Below are positions 51,651 through 64,000 of a stretch of DNA of 64,000 nucleotides, in pieces. This DNA is from Marsupella aquatica. Its lineage: Eukaryota; Plantae; Marchantiophyta. Location: the NCBI GenBank assembly GCA_973895155.1, contig OZ316896.1, forward strand, positions 1,798,001 through 1,862,000, given 5' to 3'. Position 1 is the first letter of the stretch, and every line of letters starts with the position of its first letter. Below the pieces are notes generated by a model, which was given only the letters and a program-made list of their open reading frames with translations, made no database searches and had not been told where the DNA came from. Made by a program: the position numbers and the translations under genes.

Positions 51651-53303
51651 CTAGATTGGTGAGCTTGGCCAGGTTGCTTGAGCAGACATGATGATGCCTA
51701 CAATTACACCAAAAAGGCCAAGAGCACTGCCAAAGATCTCAATGACCAAGATTTTTACAAATAAGGTAGAATTTTGTGCGTCTGATAGAGCACAGCTGCT
51801 TCCAATAATTCCCACGCATAATCTGCAAAGATGACGCCTAATTAGTCGACTCCAATTGACAGAACTAAGTCTGTGTCAACTCCAGAGAAAATGTCCCTCA
51901 TGTGTTACAACAGAGAACTCTCCAAGAGACCCATTATCACCAGCGAAAACACTCAGTCTCGCACCAATACGCTACTAAAACTTGAGGCAAATTTCTCAGA
52001 AGGGACACAGGACAGTGGAATTTCCCACGGAGTAAGGTCGCTGTAATGGTTTTTTTGTACTGTACTAAGCTGTAAATAGCGAGAACTACTTTCTAGGATA
52101 AATGAAGCTAAAGATCCTATAGCACGTGCCATTGTGGTGAGGACTACTTTTCCTTTTTTCCAAATGCAAACTTTCCAAGGGTTTCGAGGATCCCCAGACA
52201 CAGCAAACCGGGACTTGAAAGACGAATTGGACACTCACCCGCATACTAGGTTGGAGAAACCGACGATGATGCCAGAAGCGAAAATAGAATACCCAGCACG
52301 CATGGAATCCGGATAGTGCTGTTCAGGGTCTGTCACGCTCTCGAGTTTCGTTTGGAGAATGATGGCAACGATGACTCCATAGATAGCAACGGCCTCACAA
52401 AAAATAACACTGCTCACGAGAAAAAGGGGTCGTCAGCAGCAGCAGAAGAAAAGCAGCAGACCAGCTCAATCGACCCCTACTTATAATTTCCACTCTCCTC
52501 ACCTGTCCTTAAACTTCATAAATCATCTGATCATTTCCCACATCTTCTACACTACTCCGTGAAACTCGACAGGACTGCGAGAAAGCCATAACATACCTAA
52601 TGAGATTCTTCGACGTGATGCGGGGAGCTTTAATAGCTGCTCCTATCAAACTGCTTCCGGTGATGTAAATCCCCCTAAATCCATCCAGAACCACAATGCA
52701 TGTTAGCTTTATCTCCATTGCTCAGAGAATCAACACCAGAACCCCAAACAGGCCTCAATCCTGATGCCACTCTTCCTTCTAACATACCCCGACTCCGATC
52801 AGAGCTTCTACCTCCCATCCATATTAGGTCATAAAAGGACGCAAGAGCGCCTTCAGCTTCTGCCATTTCTAGTCTCATCCGGAGTTCGTGGTAGGGTTAA
52901 TCCCCCTAACATCGCTTGTCCGAGTCACCCACCCAGACTTGGAATCGGGTGACGATGGGTCAAACGTCGTCGCACAACGATTACGAGTGCTTTCCCCGCG
53001 TCTGGTTGGTTCCATCGAACAAGAGACACGAGCCGAGATGGGACGCAATTCATTGGAACATTCGTTTGATTTCAAGGTCTCCATCGCTCGGTGGCGATGG
53101 CGGATCGATCTGGGAGGAGGAGAGGAGGAGGTGAGGGCAGACAAGCACAGGAAAGCAAAGAAGGCCAACGTGGAAAACCAAGAGGATGCTCACCAAGACG
53201 CGCCGAGGACAGAGATACCGATCGAGATGGCAATTCCAATGGCCGAGAAGACGTAGGGCGAGAGGTAGAGCAAAGCGTGCAACCATGACGAACTGTCCGC
53301 CAT
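51651..53303 (-). CDS. VHA-c'': V-type H+-ATPase proteolipid subunit c'' (Vma16-like), 176 aa. Exons: 53303-53194, 52674-52597, 52409-52239, 51822-51651
   Basis: [46 protein letters not shown] and [36 protein letters not shown]. Introns are GT-AG and exons sum to 531 nt. Confidence 0.96.
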
Positions 53304-56300
53304 CGCTGCTCCTCCTTTTGTTCCTCCGTTCGTTGCTTGCTCGATGTTGAGAGAAGGCAGCGGTTCTCGTTCTCGTCCTCGAAGCAGAGCAGAGTGATGC
53401 AAAGCGAAGGGAAGAGAACTAGAGTTTCAAAGGAAAGGAAAGGAAGGGACGAGAAAAGATACAGAGAGAGTACACACGCGCAAGAAGGTTAGTGCACGGG
53501 AGAATCAGTAGCACCGAAGCACAGTGACCAAGGGTTGAGAGTATCTGAGTAACTCTCAGGTTCGCTGCGCCGCGGAAAGCTAATATTTGTTTCCTTCCAA
53601 GTTGCAGTGACCTCTCTATAAGTGCACACTCCAAACGTGCAAACCGTGGTTCATTGCAAGGTGTTCCATTCTTCCCTTTTTCTTCGAGCATTTTGCGTTT
53701 TTTTTGCAGTTGTTGGTACAAGGAGGGCTCCAGTGAATGACAAAAATATCCGTGTAAACCCTCATAAGATTTTATGCACACCGATGGGTAATTTTAACTT
53801 GAGCAAAACTTGCACTTATGAGGTAGGGGATCACATTTAGGGCAGGGATGTACTATTTAGTAAGGAAATCACCAGTGTTGACTGACAGATGGCCCATTGC
53901 ATGTAGTGAATGCAGGTTCCAAGTATTTGTACATATGGCGTGGTGCAAACCCTCATGAAGTGCACACTGATTGAAGGCCCCACTGAAAACCTCTTATTGG
54001 GAATGATTATCCCATGGACCAAGCCCATGGCCATGCAAATGGACTGTGACACCTTTCACACGTTCACTACTAATTGACACCCTTCTCCTTTCCACATAGT
54101 TTTCAACCACAAAGTTAGATCTCCCTTGATATCAAACTAAATCATCCTTTCTTGGCCTACTGTAGTTGGAAGCTTTTTGGACGACCATGAAGAATTAAGA
54201 AAGTTGTGAATTTCTCAATCTTACTCCATTACTCACTGTCCACACTTCACAACTCCAAAGGTTTTGAGCAACTAACTTTGACATTCATATGGCAGGTTCA
54301 TCCTGGACCAACTTAGATACGTTGTCCACTAAAATCTAAAATGATAATTATTCAGAGCAAAGAGTACCATTTCATAATGATTCATGTATGTTTTGTTAGC
54401 CATCTCAGCAACTTGGTAAATATTGTAGTCTACAGGACCTTAGGTTTATGAGGAACAGTGTGTTTGGATGCACAATCGAAGTTGATATGACTCTTCGAAT
54501 GATGATCCAAGATGACTGTAGCCTTCCCAAAAAGACCATCATCATAGCAAAGAGAATAAAATTTGATGTTCAGGGCAATTCACAATTCTCTGAAACTGCT
54601 CGTCATGTAGCAATTCTCTTCTGAGATTGTATATGAGCTTACATTCAAGAAGAAAACCGCTCTTCTATACTTTCAGCAAGCACTTAGTTTGTTTTCTCCA
54701 GTGCCAAGCTTAAGCCTGTGCCAAGTCAGCTTGGTTTACAAATTGAGACCAAAAGTAATCCCAAACCAGAGACTATAATAGGCTAGCAACCTGTTGCAAA
54801 CTTTAGTGTATGGTGTGTTGCCTTTATGTGTGTGATTTTTAGGGATGGCTAGAAATTATCAGTTTATGTAGTGAGACTATGACAGCTACGTATGTTGGTT
54901 AACGATGTGTATGCACACAACAGCGGTCAAAGCCCTAATGATATCAAAAAGGTCCAGAGATATAACATTGTGATTGGAGCTTTGACAGGTGTCCATTCTG
55001 TTCATGGTTTGCTTGCTATTATACCCTATGATGTGATGCCCCTGTAACTAGCTAGCTACAAATCAGCAACGAGCTCATTAAAGCAGGAGGACCACTCCGT
55101 CATTTATCAGCCACCCTAACAGCAAGGTCAGGTTCCTTCCATAAACTATTGGCAAGGTTCTAATTCACAAATGTGAATTATTTTTCATCTATCCTGTAAA
55201 CCAAAAGCTATTTTCTTAGTTGATTACTATGTAGATTGCACCCATTTGGACACTCAGTTTAACGAATGTTGTGTGTTTACATAAGCAGGAGTCGTGAGAA
55301 CATACTTCTGATGAAGAAAGCTCGTCCCATTTGATAGCAACCCTCTGTCTTCAGTTGCTTTCTAAGTCCACTTATAATATTTACAGTTCAGGGATAATTA
55401 TCTGAGGGGTATCCCCGTGGATCTACAATTGTGCCCAATCAATCAATCTTTCTCTATCTCCTGAATTGTGGCCTTTACTCCCACCTTACTATCGTAGTCA
55501 GGCTAAAGTTTTTACCATTTTGTTCAGTTTCTCTGTAAACTGCAATATATATATACCCAGATTTTGAGGTCTACGGAATGATTAGATTGGAATCACACTC
55601 AACGGAGGATAAAGAAACTACTCCAACAAACTCCATTGACCCACCCGATTCGCCTCACGTGGACTCTAGAACTGGGAACGATTACTGACAGAAACTATCA
55701 TTTTTCTTTAGTCTCGAAGGAACTTGAGTCTTTGTTATAATTCAAAGATCACAAGCTCTTCATACAAGTACCCTCGATTGCAGTGAGGGAATTAGATATT
55801 GTCAGCTCTGTCGAAGACCTGCTTTTAATTAGGGCTGCATGAAGCGAGTCTGTAGCTGGAGCTCAGTGTGCGTGACTGCAGCAGGCAAGTTGCAGCAACC
55901 AGCAATGTATCTAGAACCACTTGGAGTACTCATCTTTTGCTTGGCTATCTGGGTACTTAGGAAGGCAAGCAATGCTCAACCCATTTTCTCAACAACGTCA
56001 AACAATCTGGGCTGATAGAGGCAGACTGATATGAGTAAGGAATGTCTTTTTGTTTGGAAAGCAAATGAAGGGCCCGAGTGAAGGAATGTTTTGGTGATGG
56101 ACGTATGAGAATTACGCATGACAAAACACCGTCCGATTGAAGTACCAAACTCTAAAACTTGCTTCACTCCACAAAATATCTGTCCAAAACAAGATCATAT
56201 CTGAAATTTCCATCTCAAAGTAGAAAGAAGCTACTAGGCCTGGAGCCGAGAAAATGCTCACATCCAGAATTTATTCAAAAGTCACATAATAAAAAAGGGA

Positions 56301-57346
56301 TCCCGAAGATTATGTCTAAGCAGGGTCTACTTTCTATATCTCTTGGAGCCAAGGATCTGGAATCATGTCCACGACCGAACCGGCCACAATCTCCTTACAC
56401 TCTGCTCGTCACCTACGACTTTTGCTTCTTAATGCACAAGAAAACGATGTTGCGCGAAATCCCTCGATGGAATAAACCTAGCCCACACCTACCTCCTCAG
56501 AATTTACATTGCATTTCCTTTTTTCAAGACCTTCATTTAAATGCAGCGACTACCGACAGTCGCCATTGGCAAAATTCCTGATTGGGTGTCATGGAACTGC
56601 TTGATACGATATCCCTAGCATGCATGTGCTGGTTCACCGCATGGACAAGAAGAAATGTTACAATACTGTCACATCTTCATTCCCCTAATGTAAATCCAAT
56701 GACCCCTACAATTCCTCAGTATCAAGCAGTTTTTTATGATACCCAATGAAGAACAGTGGTGTAAAATTCTTATTTGCCCATAAGGCTTCATTGCAGGGTA
56801 CTTACAGGCCAAAGAGATTTTTAATTTATACTCTTCCTAGTAAAAGTAGAGGAGAAGTTTCAGAAGCCCAGATCCAAATCTTTACAGTGTATTCGTCCCA
56901 CAGAAACACTTGTGATCAATAGCTTGAAGAAAGTGCGAGAAAATGTTGCAAGAAATATATGTATACACATCAGGCAGAGTATTATTAAGCGCAACACAAA
57001 TGCTCATAACTGTTGATTGTATCCACAGAAAAGACCGGATGCTCCATATCCAGTGCTTCTCACACACAGACTTATACAGAGGAGAGCCCGCCCTCGAATA
57101 AAGAGTTTTGAATTGCAACAACAAAGGAATTCGAAGAAAGTCAAGAGAGCTGTGCAAGGAGACCCCTCCGCGTGGGAAACATTAACACCTTCCACCCGCG
57201 CTTCTTTACAGAAAGTAACGAGTGAAAAGGCTAAACAATGTGTAAAACTAGACCTACCAATAAACATGGTCCAAACAGGGCAGGATTTAAGCGTCACAAC
57301 TCCTAAAATTACTCAGAGAGAAATCACGACGAACTCATGAATGGCA

Positions 57347-57526
57347 TTAAAATACTAGTTTGGCAGTGACGAACACGGGCAATCGGATCAGAATGGGCAG
57401 TATGACGTGGAGCATGATGACCAGTGGCATGAGCATGATGACCAAGGACAGCGTGAGCATGATGACCGAAGTGTCCAGGATTATGCTGATGACGGTGCTG
57501 ACGATGAGCAGGATTTTCAGGAGCAT
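57347..57526 (-). CDS. Putative small hydrophobic protein (59 aa)
   Basis: MLLKILLIVSTVISIILDTSVIMLTLSLVIMLMPLVIMLHVILPILIRLPVFVTAKLVF has strong G/C third-position bias. Overlapping frames are also open, so the true frame is uncertain. Confidence 0.35.
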   Translation of the reverse strand: MLLKILLIVSTVISIILDTSVIMLTLSLVIMLMPLVIMLHVILPILIRLPVFVTAKLVF

Positions 57527-58589
57527 CGGAAGTTCCAATATCGTCAATGGCGCCTTTCCAAAGCTGCTTACGCTTTACGTCGGTTCTGTTCCTGGTCATG
57601 ACGGCGTTCATCTACTGGCGAGCTCTAGCTGCTCCCCATCTGTGCAACTCGCTCGATCAAATTCTGCACTGAAAACTCGATCGGATTTTCTCTTTGTGAA
57701 TTCTAGATCTAGACTAACATGCAGGACATTGTATGCGATGATCGGAAGACCGTGTGAATCATACTAGACCAACATTTGTTTGGGATCACTGACGTGAACT
57801 GAGTCAACCTACATCCCTCGGGCCGTTGATTTATCGTTGATTATAGCCTCGTCTTCAAACGCGTTGAGTGTTTTGGGCACGCCTTGAGTGCCGAGTGACC
57901 GTGGATAAATCTTTCAAGGGGTACTGTTTTCATTTCGCATTGAGAAATGAAAAATTCTAGGAACTAAGCGGATTTCAGGGATTCCGTTCTCACGAGTTGA
58001 AGTGTGGACGGGTGTCACTATGAAGGCACTATGCATGGAACAAGTCAGGCTCGGTCACCTGGCCACGTTTTATATTTTCATTTCACTGACGATTGCCGAC
58101 AACTTTGAATTTCCGTAGTAAAATCGAAACAGGATTGTTTCCACGAATTCGCGACACAGCTCGTCATCGGAAGCTTACTGAAAAATGAACAAGTACCTAA
58201 TGCCAAAAGCGACTTTTGTTGGTTCCTTGTTTAGCTGATTTGATTTCTACATGTGACTGAGAAAGCTATGCCAGCAGTTGGTTCCAATCCAACAAAAGTG
58301 GCCTTTAGAGCCACAACTACCCAAATCTTAATCTTGTGTGTAAAGCCTTTCTGATCGTTTGGTTATGTATCCCCAGGTCTACAAAAAGGCTCACCTAAAA
58401 GATCGGGGAAAAATTGATTGAAAGAACACTCGGTCTGGGTTGCATAATGTCAATTTTTAACCCCCAAAAAATCTTGCTTTTTTGTGGTCGGTAAAAAGGG
58501 GCCATAGGCGGCCCCAGCCAAGACCGAATGGGCACAAAGAACAAGAAAATATTTAGAATTGTAGAAAGTAGAAAATGATTGTGTGGCAA

Positions 58590-59720
58590 GTCTTGTTTAA
58601 AATATATATGACACTGCACAAAGGCAGAAAACGCCAACCTGGGAGACAAGATCCCCAAGGCAAAAGAACCCAATGAAGGGGAGGAAAAGAGGGGAAAGGG
58701 CCCCAAGAAAAACAAGCCACTAGTCCCCAACCACAAGCCAAAGAAGGCACAAGGACAAAAGGTAACCTACAAAGGAGCAGTGAAAGCTAACACCCTACTG
58801 AGCGGAGAACTGAAAGGCCCGGTAGAGCTCTGGAGTAAACCACATAGGAGGGTCACGAAGTGGAACCTGGCGGGCGGCCCTAAAACCAACAGCCTTAGCC
58901 CTACGAAGGAGAGTGAATGCCTGGGCCCGTTGAAGAGCCACAGACACCCGTTGCTGTAAAAAGGCGGTGAGGACTAAAGAACCTCACCGATGGCAAGGGG
59001 CCGCATCCCTGTAGGCTCCTTAGCCATGGCCAAAAGATGGCTGGCCCCCAAGAGCCGGGCCACAACAAGGAAAATACAGCCCCTGGCAAAATGTGCGCAA
59101 ACCTGAAAAAGCTAAGAGAACGCTGACGCAGAGTTGTCAGGAAGGAAGGAGTCCTGCAAATGCTCAAACATCATCCCCGAGAGGCCAGCAGCCGAAAGGC
59201 GAGGAAGGTGAAGGGAAACATGACTCAGGTACAAAGCTCCCAACAAAGCCAGGGACCTCGACAGACGCCGGGGGATGAACGGACCAAAGAGCGGCAATGG
59301 TCTCCTCCGAAGAAGGGGCAGGTGCTAGGAGCTCCAAAGAGCGCGCAGCCCTAGAGTACTCACCGGCCTGACCCAACATGAGGCACTGGCAAAGGCGACG
59401 CTGAACAGGAGGGACCTGAGGCACCATCAGAGAAGCAGCGGTCTGGGAAGCGAATGCCATCACCCTAAGGTAGTATTCCTCCTGAAGCTGAACCCAATCT
59501 CCCGAGAGATATGCTGAAGCCAACCATGGGTCTCCCGGTGGCTGGCAGGGCCACCCCGAGGAGGGAGAACCAAAACCCAATGGGGGAGCAGCAGAAGAAG
59601 GGACCAGGCCGCAGTGTCCGAGGGGTCCCGAGCCAGGCGATCCAAAGGAAAGGGATCACCAACACAAGGGCCCAAGGCACCATGCCACAGGCTGGACGCC
59701 AGACACCTGAACCCCCACCA
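58590..59720 (-). mobile_element. CRE-clade-like non-LTR retrotransposon remnant, internally deleted
   Basis: GEYSRAARSL...APSSEETIAAL...HPP and LGASHLLAMAKEPTGMRPLAIGEVL (start of RT) are directly followed by LQQRVSVALQRAQA (C-terminal motif typical of CRE-type ORFs). GC-rich, boundaries approximate. Confidence 0.65.
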
Positions 59721-61995
59721 CGACCTCCAGGCAACAGGTCACAACAAGGAAGGGAGTTGCGCGTAACTCCACAACAAGGGCAACAAGGCAAGGCTGCACG
59801 CAAAAAAACAGACAATAAGCAATAAACAATAAAACCTGCAGAAGCTGAAAATGGATAGACACTTGTCAGCACGGGATTGGGGCCGGCCGCATGCGGGGCC
59901 ACCAAACCCAACGGAGCCCAGGGGGGCACGTCACCCCCGGCGAGAGAGTGCCCACAGGCGAGTGACCCCCCAGCGGCGAGGCCCGACGGCCGGCATTAAT
60001 TGCTCCCGCCCAGCGGGAAGGCACTCCAGACTAGGGGCGCACACGCGCGCTTCCCCCTCCCACAAACGCCCGGCCCTCCCCCACCTCGCCACGACCTTGC
60101 CTCCGTCTGGCGCAGCCTCCGCTGCCTCCGCCTGGTGCACACTCCTGCCTCCGCCTCACGCCCACTCCTGTCTCCGTCTCACGCACACTCCTGCCTCCAG
60201 TTGAGAAAGGAATAGCCTAAATTAGGAAAGGAAATTCTGGTCCACAGGACAATCTATGCAGAACCTAGGGGAAACAAGTTAAAAGTGTTTAAACCTGATG
60301 GCATCAACAACAGAATCTTAACTTGATGGGCTTCTTGAGCAGGGAGAGTCAAGTAGGCCAGGGGGAAGCCATGGGTGAGCCAATTGTCACCGTATGACAT
60401 GATCAGTGGCTATCCCAAGTTGGATTTAACCCATTATTAGTGGTATACAATTTTCCGTCATAAACATCAAGAATAACAAACGAGTATAGCAGAAACAGAG
60501 AGCCTAGATAGTACAGAGTCCAGCATGAGCAAAGGATGGAGGGTAGAGAGTAAAGCGTGAGCATGAATGGAGGGTGGAAGATCATTTTAGTCTTCTTGTG
60601 ACCAACTGCAACTTCTGTTGATCGATAGTGGCGCTGTCACGGCCTTGGCATGAAACACATGTTAGTTTCCAAGTCTTTCTGCATATGTTTGCTTTCTATT
60701 TATAGGGTGTGTCAATGTTCTCCAGTAAGCAAAGTCTTACCTTGTGTACTTTTGGAAGTAACATCCTTACCTGTACCTGTTTGGCCATAAAAACATTTTT
60801 ATGTCTCAAGCTATAACTGAATATTACAGTGTTATTTTGACACTCCCTATTCCTTTTTGTTGTTCTCTTTGCCCAGGCAAGCGAGGAGTCCAAGATGTCA
60901 GAACCTGTCCCCTTTAGTTCAAAGCGCACTAACCCTGGTTCAAGGCACACCAGAGTTGCCAAGGGTTTGAGATAAACATGATCACAAAGCCTACAGCAGT
61001 TCAAAGCAGACCAAAGTAGCCTAGGGTTCGAACTAAACATGATGAGCCAGTTACCACATGTTTAGAGTCTCGCTACCCTAAAGAGTGAAATTAGGCACGT
61101 TGACGTGCATGGTGCAACTTGCTACGATAAGGTGTCGACGTGAAAAGCGGTGGACCAGCAGCAATGCATCCCAAAACGAGTTCCATGGGCACAATGATAT
61201 AGCAGTTCCACTTTGTTATTGGATCCCCAAAATACTACTATTCTACAATTCTGGCGAGAATTCTGCTCAAACATCCGCATCCTCAGCAAGAGGACAAGCT
61301 GAGTAATGGGCAAAATACTCCCTCGCCAATTGACCGAGTCCGTTCTTTGGGCGGCTTCACGCAGCAAGACATGCGTCGTTTCACCGTAGAAACAGTCACG
61401 AAGGCCAGGAGAGTTATATACGATTTTGACACTGGCAAGGAAATTCAAAGGGGCGAGAATGATCGCGCGAGCACCACAGGAGAGAGCCGGCCTGGCTGGG
61501 AGCTTGCGAAGCTTTTGCCCATACCCGAATCGGTGCAGGAACGAAAGCAGAGGAGATCGCCTGACCAGCATGACTGTGTGGAATGCGGATTGGCAGAGAA
61601 GTCGTCTGTGGAGGCCCAGTACATCAGGGAGAAACCTCTGCTTTGGACGAGAGTAATTTTAGGACAATTTGAGCCAGGTCCCAAAGTTTCAACTAGTACA
61701 GAGCATTTGTATTGATAGACATTCAAACAAATCGCTAGCATCCGCACATGGGCGCAGTCATGTCATGGTTTCGAGATGAGAGCACTGTCTTGAACAGACA
61801 AACGATAGCCAGTGTGCAATTCTCTTGTTTTCATTTGTCATGAATAAATTTTGTGGTTTCGGAATGATACTGTCACTTGCAAATTGAGCAGAAATAGACT
61901 GCGATTCACGTCTCACATGTGAAGAAGGTCCCGGTCCCGAACACTTACTGATCGATTGAGGTAATCTAGCAAGTAGCAGACTCGATTCATTCAAG

Positions 61996-63747
61996 ATGTC
62001 CAAGGAGAACGGAGAAGAGGTCGTCTCACCGAAATTGGATCGCGTGTTTCATGGATCTGGAGGGACGAGAAAACTTTGGATGATCCTCACAACTTATGGA
62101 TTTCTCCTGAGCATCATAACTTGTGTAATCCTTCTCGTTGATTCAGAAACCAGGCTGCAAACGGATCATCCACTGGTATTTCTAAGCTGGGGTCGGTGGT
62201 GGAGACCGTCCACCAAACTCGGTACCACTGCAAATCCGAAAGACTGGCGCAATCTACTCGTGAACGAATCAAGCAACTACACGAGCACACTGACGAGTTT
62301 GCTACGCGCAAACGCCACAATTAACTCGACCTGCCACGCTACCTCGACGAACCAAACGAAATTGGAAGGACTTCCGCAGCCGGTAAATGGGAAATTTTTC
62401 TTTCAAACTGACGAGTTGCATCATCTGACTCTCGTTGCTTACAACAAAGACGGGGACCAACGATGTGCTGGCGGAGATTACTACGAGGTGAATCTCCGCG
62501 ATCGAGAGAATGTGCGCTACAGATCACGGGTCCCCACGACGGATTTGGGGAATGGGAGCTATGGTCTGGAGCTGCTTGTCCCGTCTCGATTTGCTGGAGC
62601 TTTCACCCTGGATATATTCCTCCTTTACGGCAACTGGCACGGCCTGGAGCAGGACACAGAACGATGGGTGAACAAGGGTTTAATACTGACCCAAGAACTG
62701 GAAATGGCCGTCGGAGAAAATGTTGACAGCAACTCTCCCAAGGAACCCGCTATCAAACAGTGCACTCAAGCTGACTTTGATCGGACGACATGGCAGGGGC
62801 GGTGGACTCGCACTTGGTTCAACAGCAGTTGCGAACCGGAGCGCTGGAGTTTGCGCTACCGGTGTCTGCCGGAAGAGCATTACTGGTGCGAGGAGCCTTG
62901 GTGCTTTGGTCCCGTGGGTAACCTCGAAAGCAACGGTTGGCAGTACTCCGCTCATTGTAGCTTCAAGATCTTCGAGCGAGAAGAAGCTTGGAAATGTCTG
63001 GATGGAAAGTGGTTTCTGCTGTGGGGCGATTCTAACTTCCAGGATACTGCTCGGAACCTGCTGCTCTTCATCCTGGAATGGAGCTTACCGTTCCAGGAGA
63101 GATTGTCAGACTTTCAGCTGCCAAGGATTTACGATATGGGATTCACGAATTCGCATTCCTACGATCAATTTTTCCGAATCAGCCAACTCTTCAACGGAGC
63201 AAACAACGTTCGTCAGAACGGGGAGGGCCTGAACACTCTCATCAGGCATCAGGACCACCAAGAGCAACTGCTTGCTCATTTCAACGGTACCAAATGGCCC
63301 GACACCATCATCATGAACTCGGGGCTCCACGACGCGCACGCGTTCTCCACAATTGAAGCCTATTCTGAGGCTGCAGACTACGTGATTGAATTCTGGATGA
63401 AGCTGTACAACAGCCTACCAGAAGATCGAAGGCCTCGGCTGATCTGGCGAACTACCGTCGCGCCAGCCGGAACTTCTCGAGACATGCCAGGCAATCCCAT
63501 GAAAATGGAGATGCTCAACCACGTGATGGCAGAGAAATTACAGCGAGTGCACGATCGACTCCCCGTCAAGTTCGTCGATGGGTTCGATCTTACCTTCCCG
63601 TTCCATTACGACAACAATTTCAGCGATGGTGGCCACTACGGTCGTGCCCCAGGAGCAAATATTGGGCCTTGGTATCGGAGACCTCATTGGTATTTTGTGG
63701 ATATCATGGTTGCTCACAGTTTTCTGAACGCTCTTTGTCCGACGTAG
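61996..63747 (+). CDS. Type II membrane protein with Ig/filamin-like domain and SGNH-like (NXPE/TBL-type) esterase or O-acyltransferase domain, 583 aa, intronless
   Basis: N-terminal TM helix, then CAGGDYYEV, DLGNGSY, WQGRWTR, LESNGWQYSAHCSF, catalytic-type WGDSN and DGGHYG (DxxH), and several N-glycosylation sequons. Confidence 0.88.
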   Translation: MSKENGEEVVSPKLDRVFHGSGGTRKLWMILTTYGFLLSIITCVILLVDSETRLQTDHPLVFLSWGRWWRPSTKLGTTANPKDWRNLLVNESSNYTSTLTSLLRANATINSTCHATSTNQTKLEGLPQPVNGKFFFQTDELHHLTLVAYNKDGDQRCAGGDYYEVNLRDRENVRYRSRVPTTDLGNGSYGLELLVPSRFAGAFTLDIFLLYGNWHGLEQDTERWVNKGLILTQELEMAVGENVDSNSPKEPAIKQCTQADFDRTTWQGRWTRTWFNSSCEPERWSLRYRCLPEEHYWCEEPWCFGPVGNLESNGWQYSAHCSFKIFEREEAWKCLDGKWFLLWGDSNFQDTARNLLLFILEWSLPFQERLSDFQLPRIYDMGFTNSHSYDQFFRISQLFNGANNVRQNGEGLNTLIRHQDHQEQLLAHFNGTKWPDTIIMNSGLHDAHAFSTIEAYSEAADYVIEFWMKLYNSLPEDRRPRLIWRTTVAPAGTSRDMPGNPMKMEMLNHVMAEKLQRVHDRLPVKFVDGFDLTFPFHYDNNFSDGGHYGRAPGANIGPWYRRPHWYFVDIMVAHSFLNALCPT

Positions 63748-64000
63748 CTCGACTTCCAGTCATCGACCTTTGAAAGTGAGCGAAGCTTCCCAACGTTTTG
63801 CCGGCCATGCTAGCGTATGATGGATAAACCCGAATGCTGTTTGGTAGTTCCTCACAATTTTTTGGGAAGACAGACGTTTAAGAAAGCTTTCTAGAGTAAT
63901 CTTTTAAGCAAAAATGTGCTAGTTTAGGGTTGCGTCCACGAAAAGCTTTGACTGAGTCCAAACCATCTTGCATTTTAGGGGCATTCTAATGTTTTGAGAA

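Noticed and set aside
61122-61747. Overlapping 76-149 aa ORFs upstream of the 583-aa gene
   Set aside because: No recognisable domain or splice structure, and most have non-ATG starts.

Overview
Eukaryotic land-plant genomic DNA, probably a non-seed plant such as a liverwort (inferred from gene and TE style only). It holds three host genes: a 10-exon plastid N-acetylglutamate synthase (5646-10446, -), a 4-exon V-ATPase c'' proteolipid (51651-53303, -) and an intronless GDS/DxxH-motif membrane protein (61996-63747, +). Between ~11 and ~49 kb lies a nest of transposons: a complete Ty1/copia with LTRs, PBS, PPT and TSD inserted in a CACTA-type gene, a Ty3/gypsy with a large extra ORF, and older gypsy and copia remnants. 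A CRE-like LINE remnant lies at ~58.6-59.7 kb. The main find is a single-ORF APE+RT non-LTR retrotransposon whose 5' end is joined directly to 26S/28S rDNA about 31 nt downstream of the R2 site. Its first 57 nt fold into an HDV-like self-cleaving ribozyme whose cleavage site falls on that junction, making it a candidate rDNA-targeting, R2-style element in a plant. The second find is a -1 ribosomal frameshift signal (G GAU UUU plus pseudoknot) between protease and RT of the gypsy element. All calls were made by eye; no searches were run.
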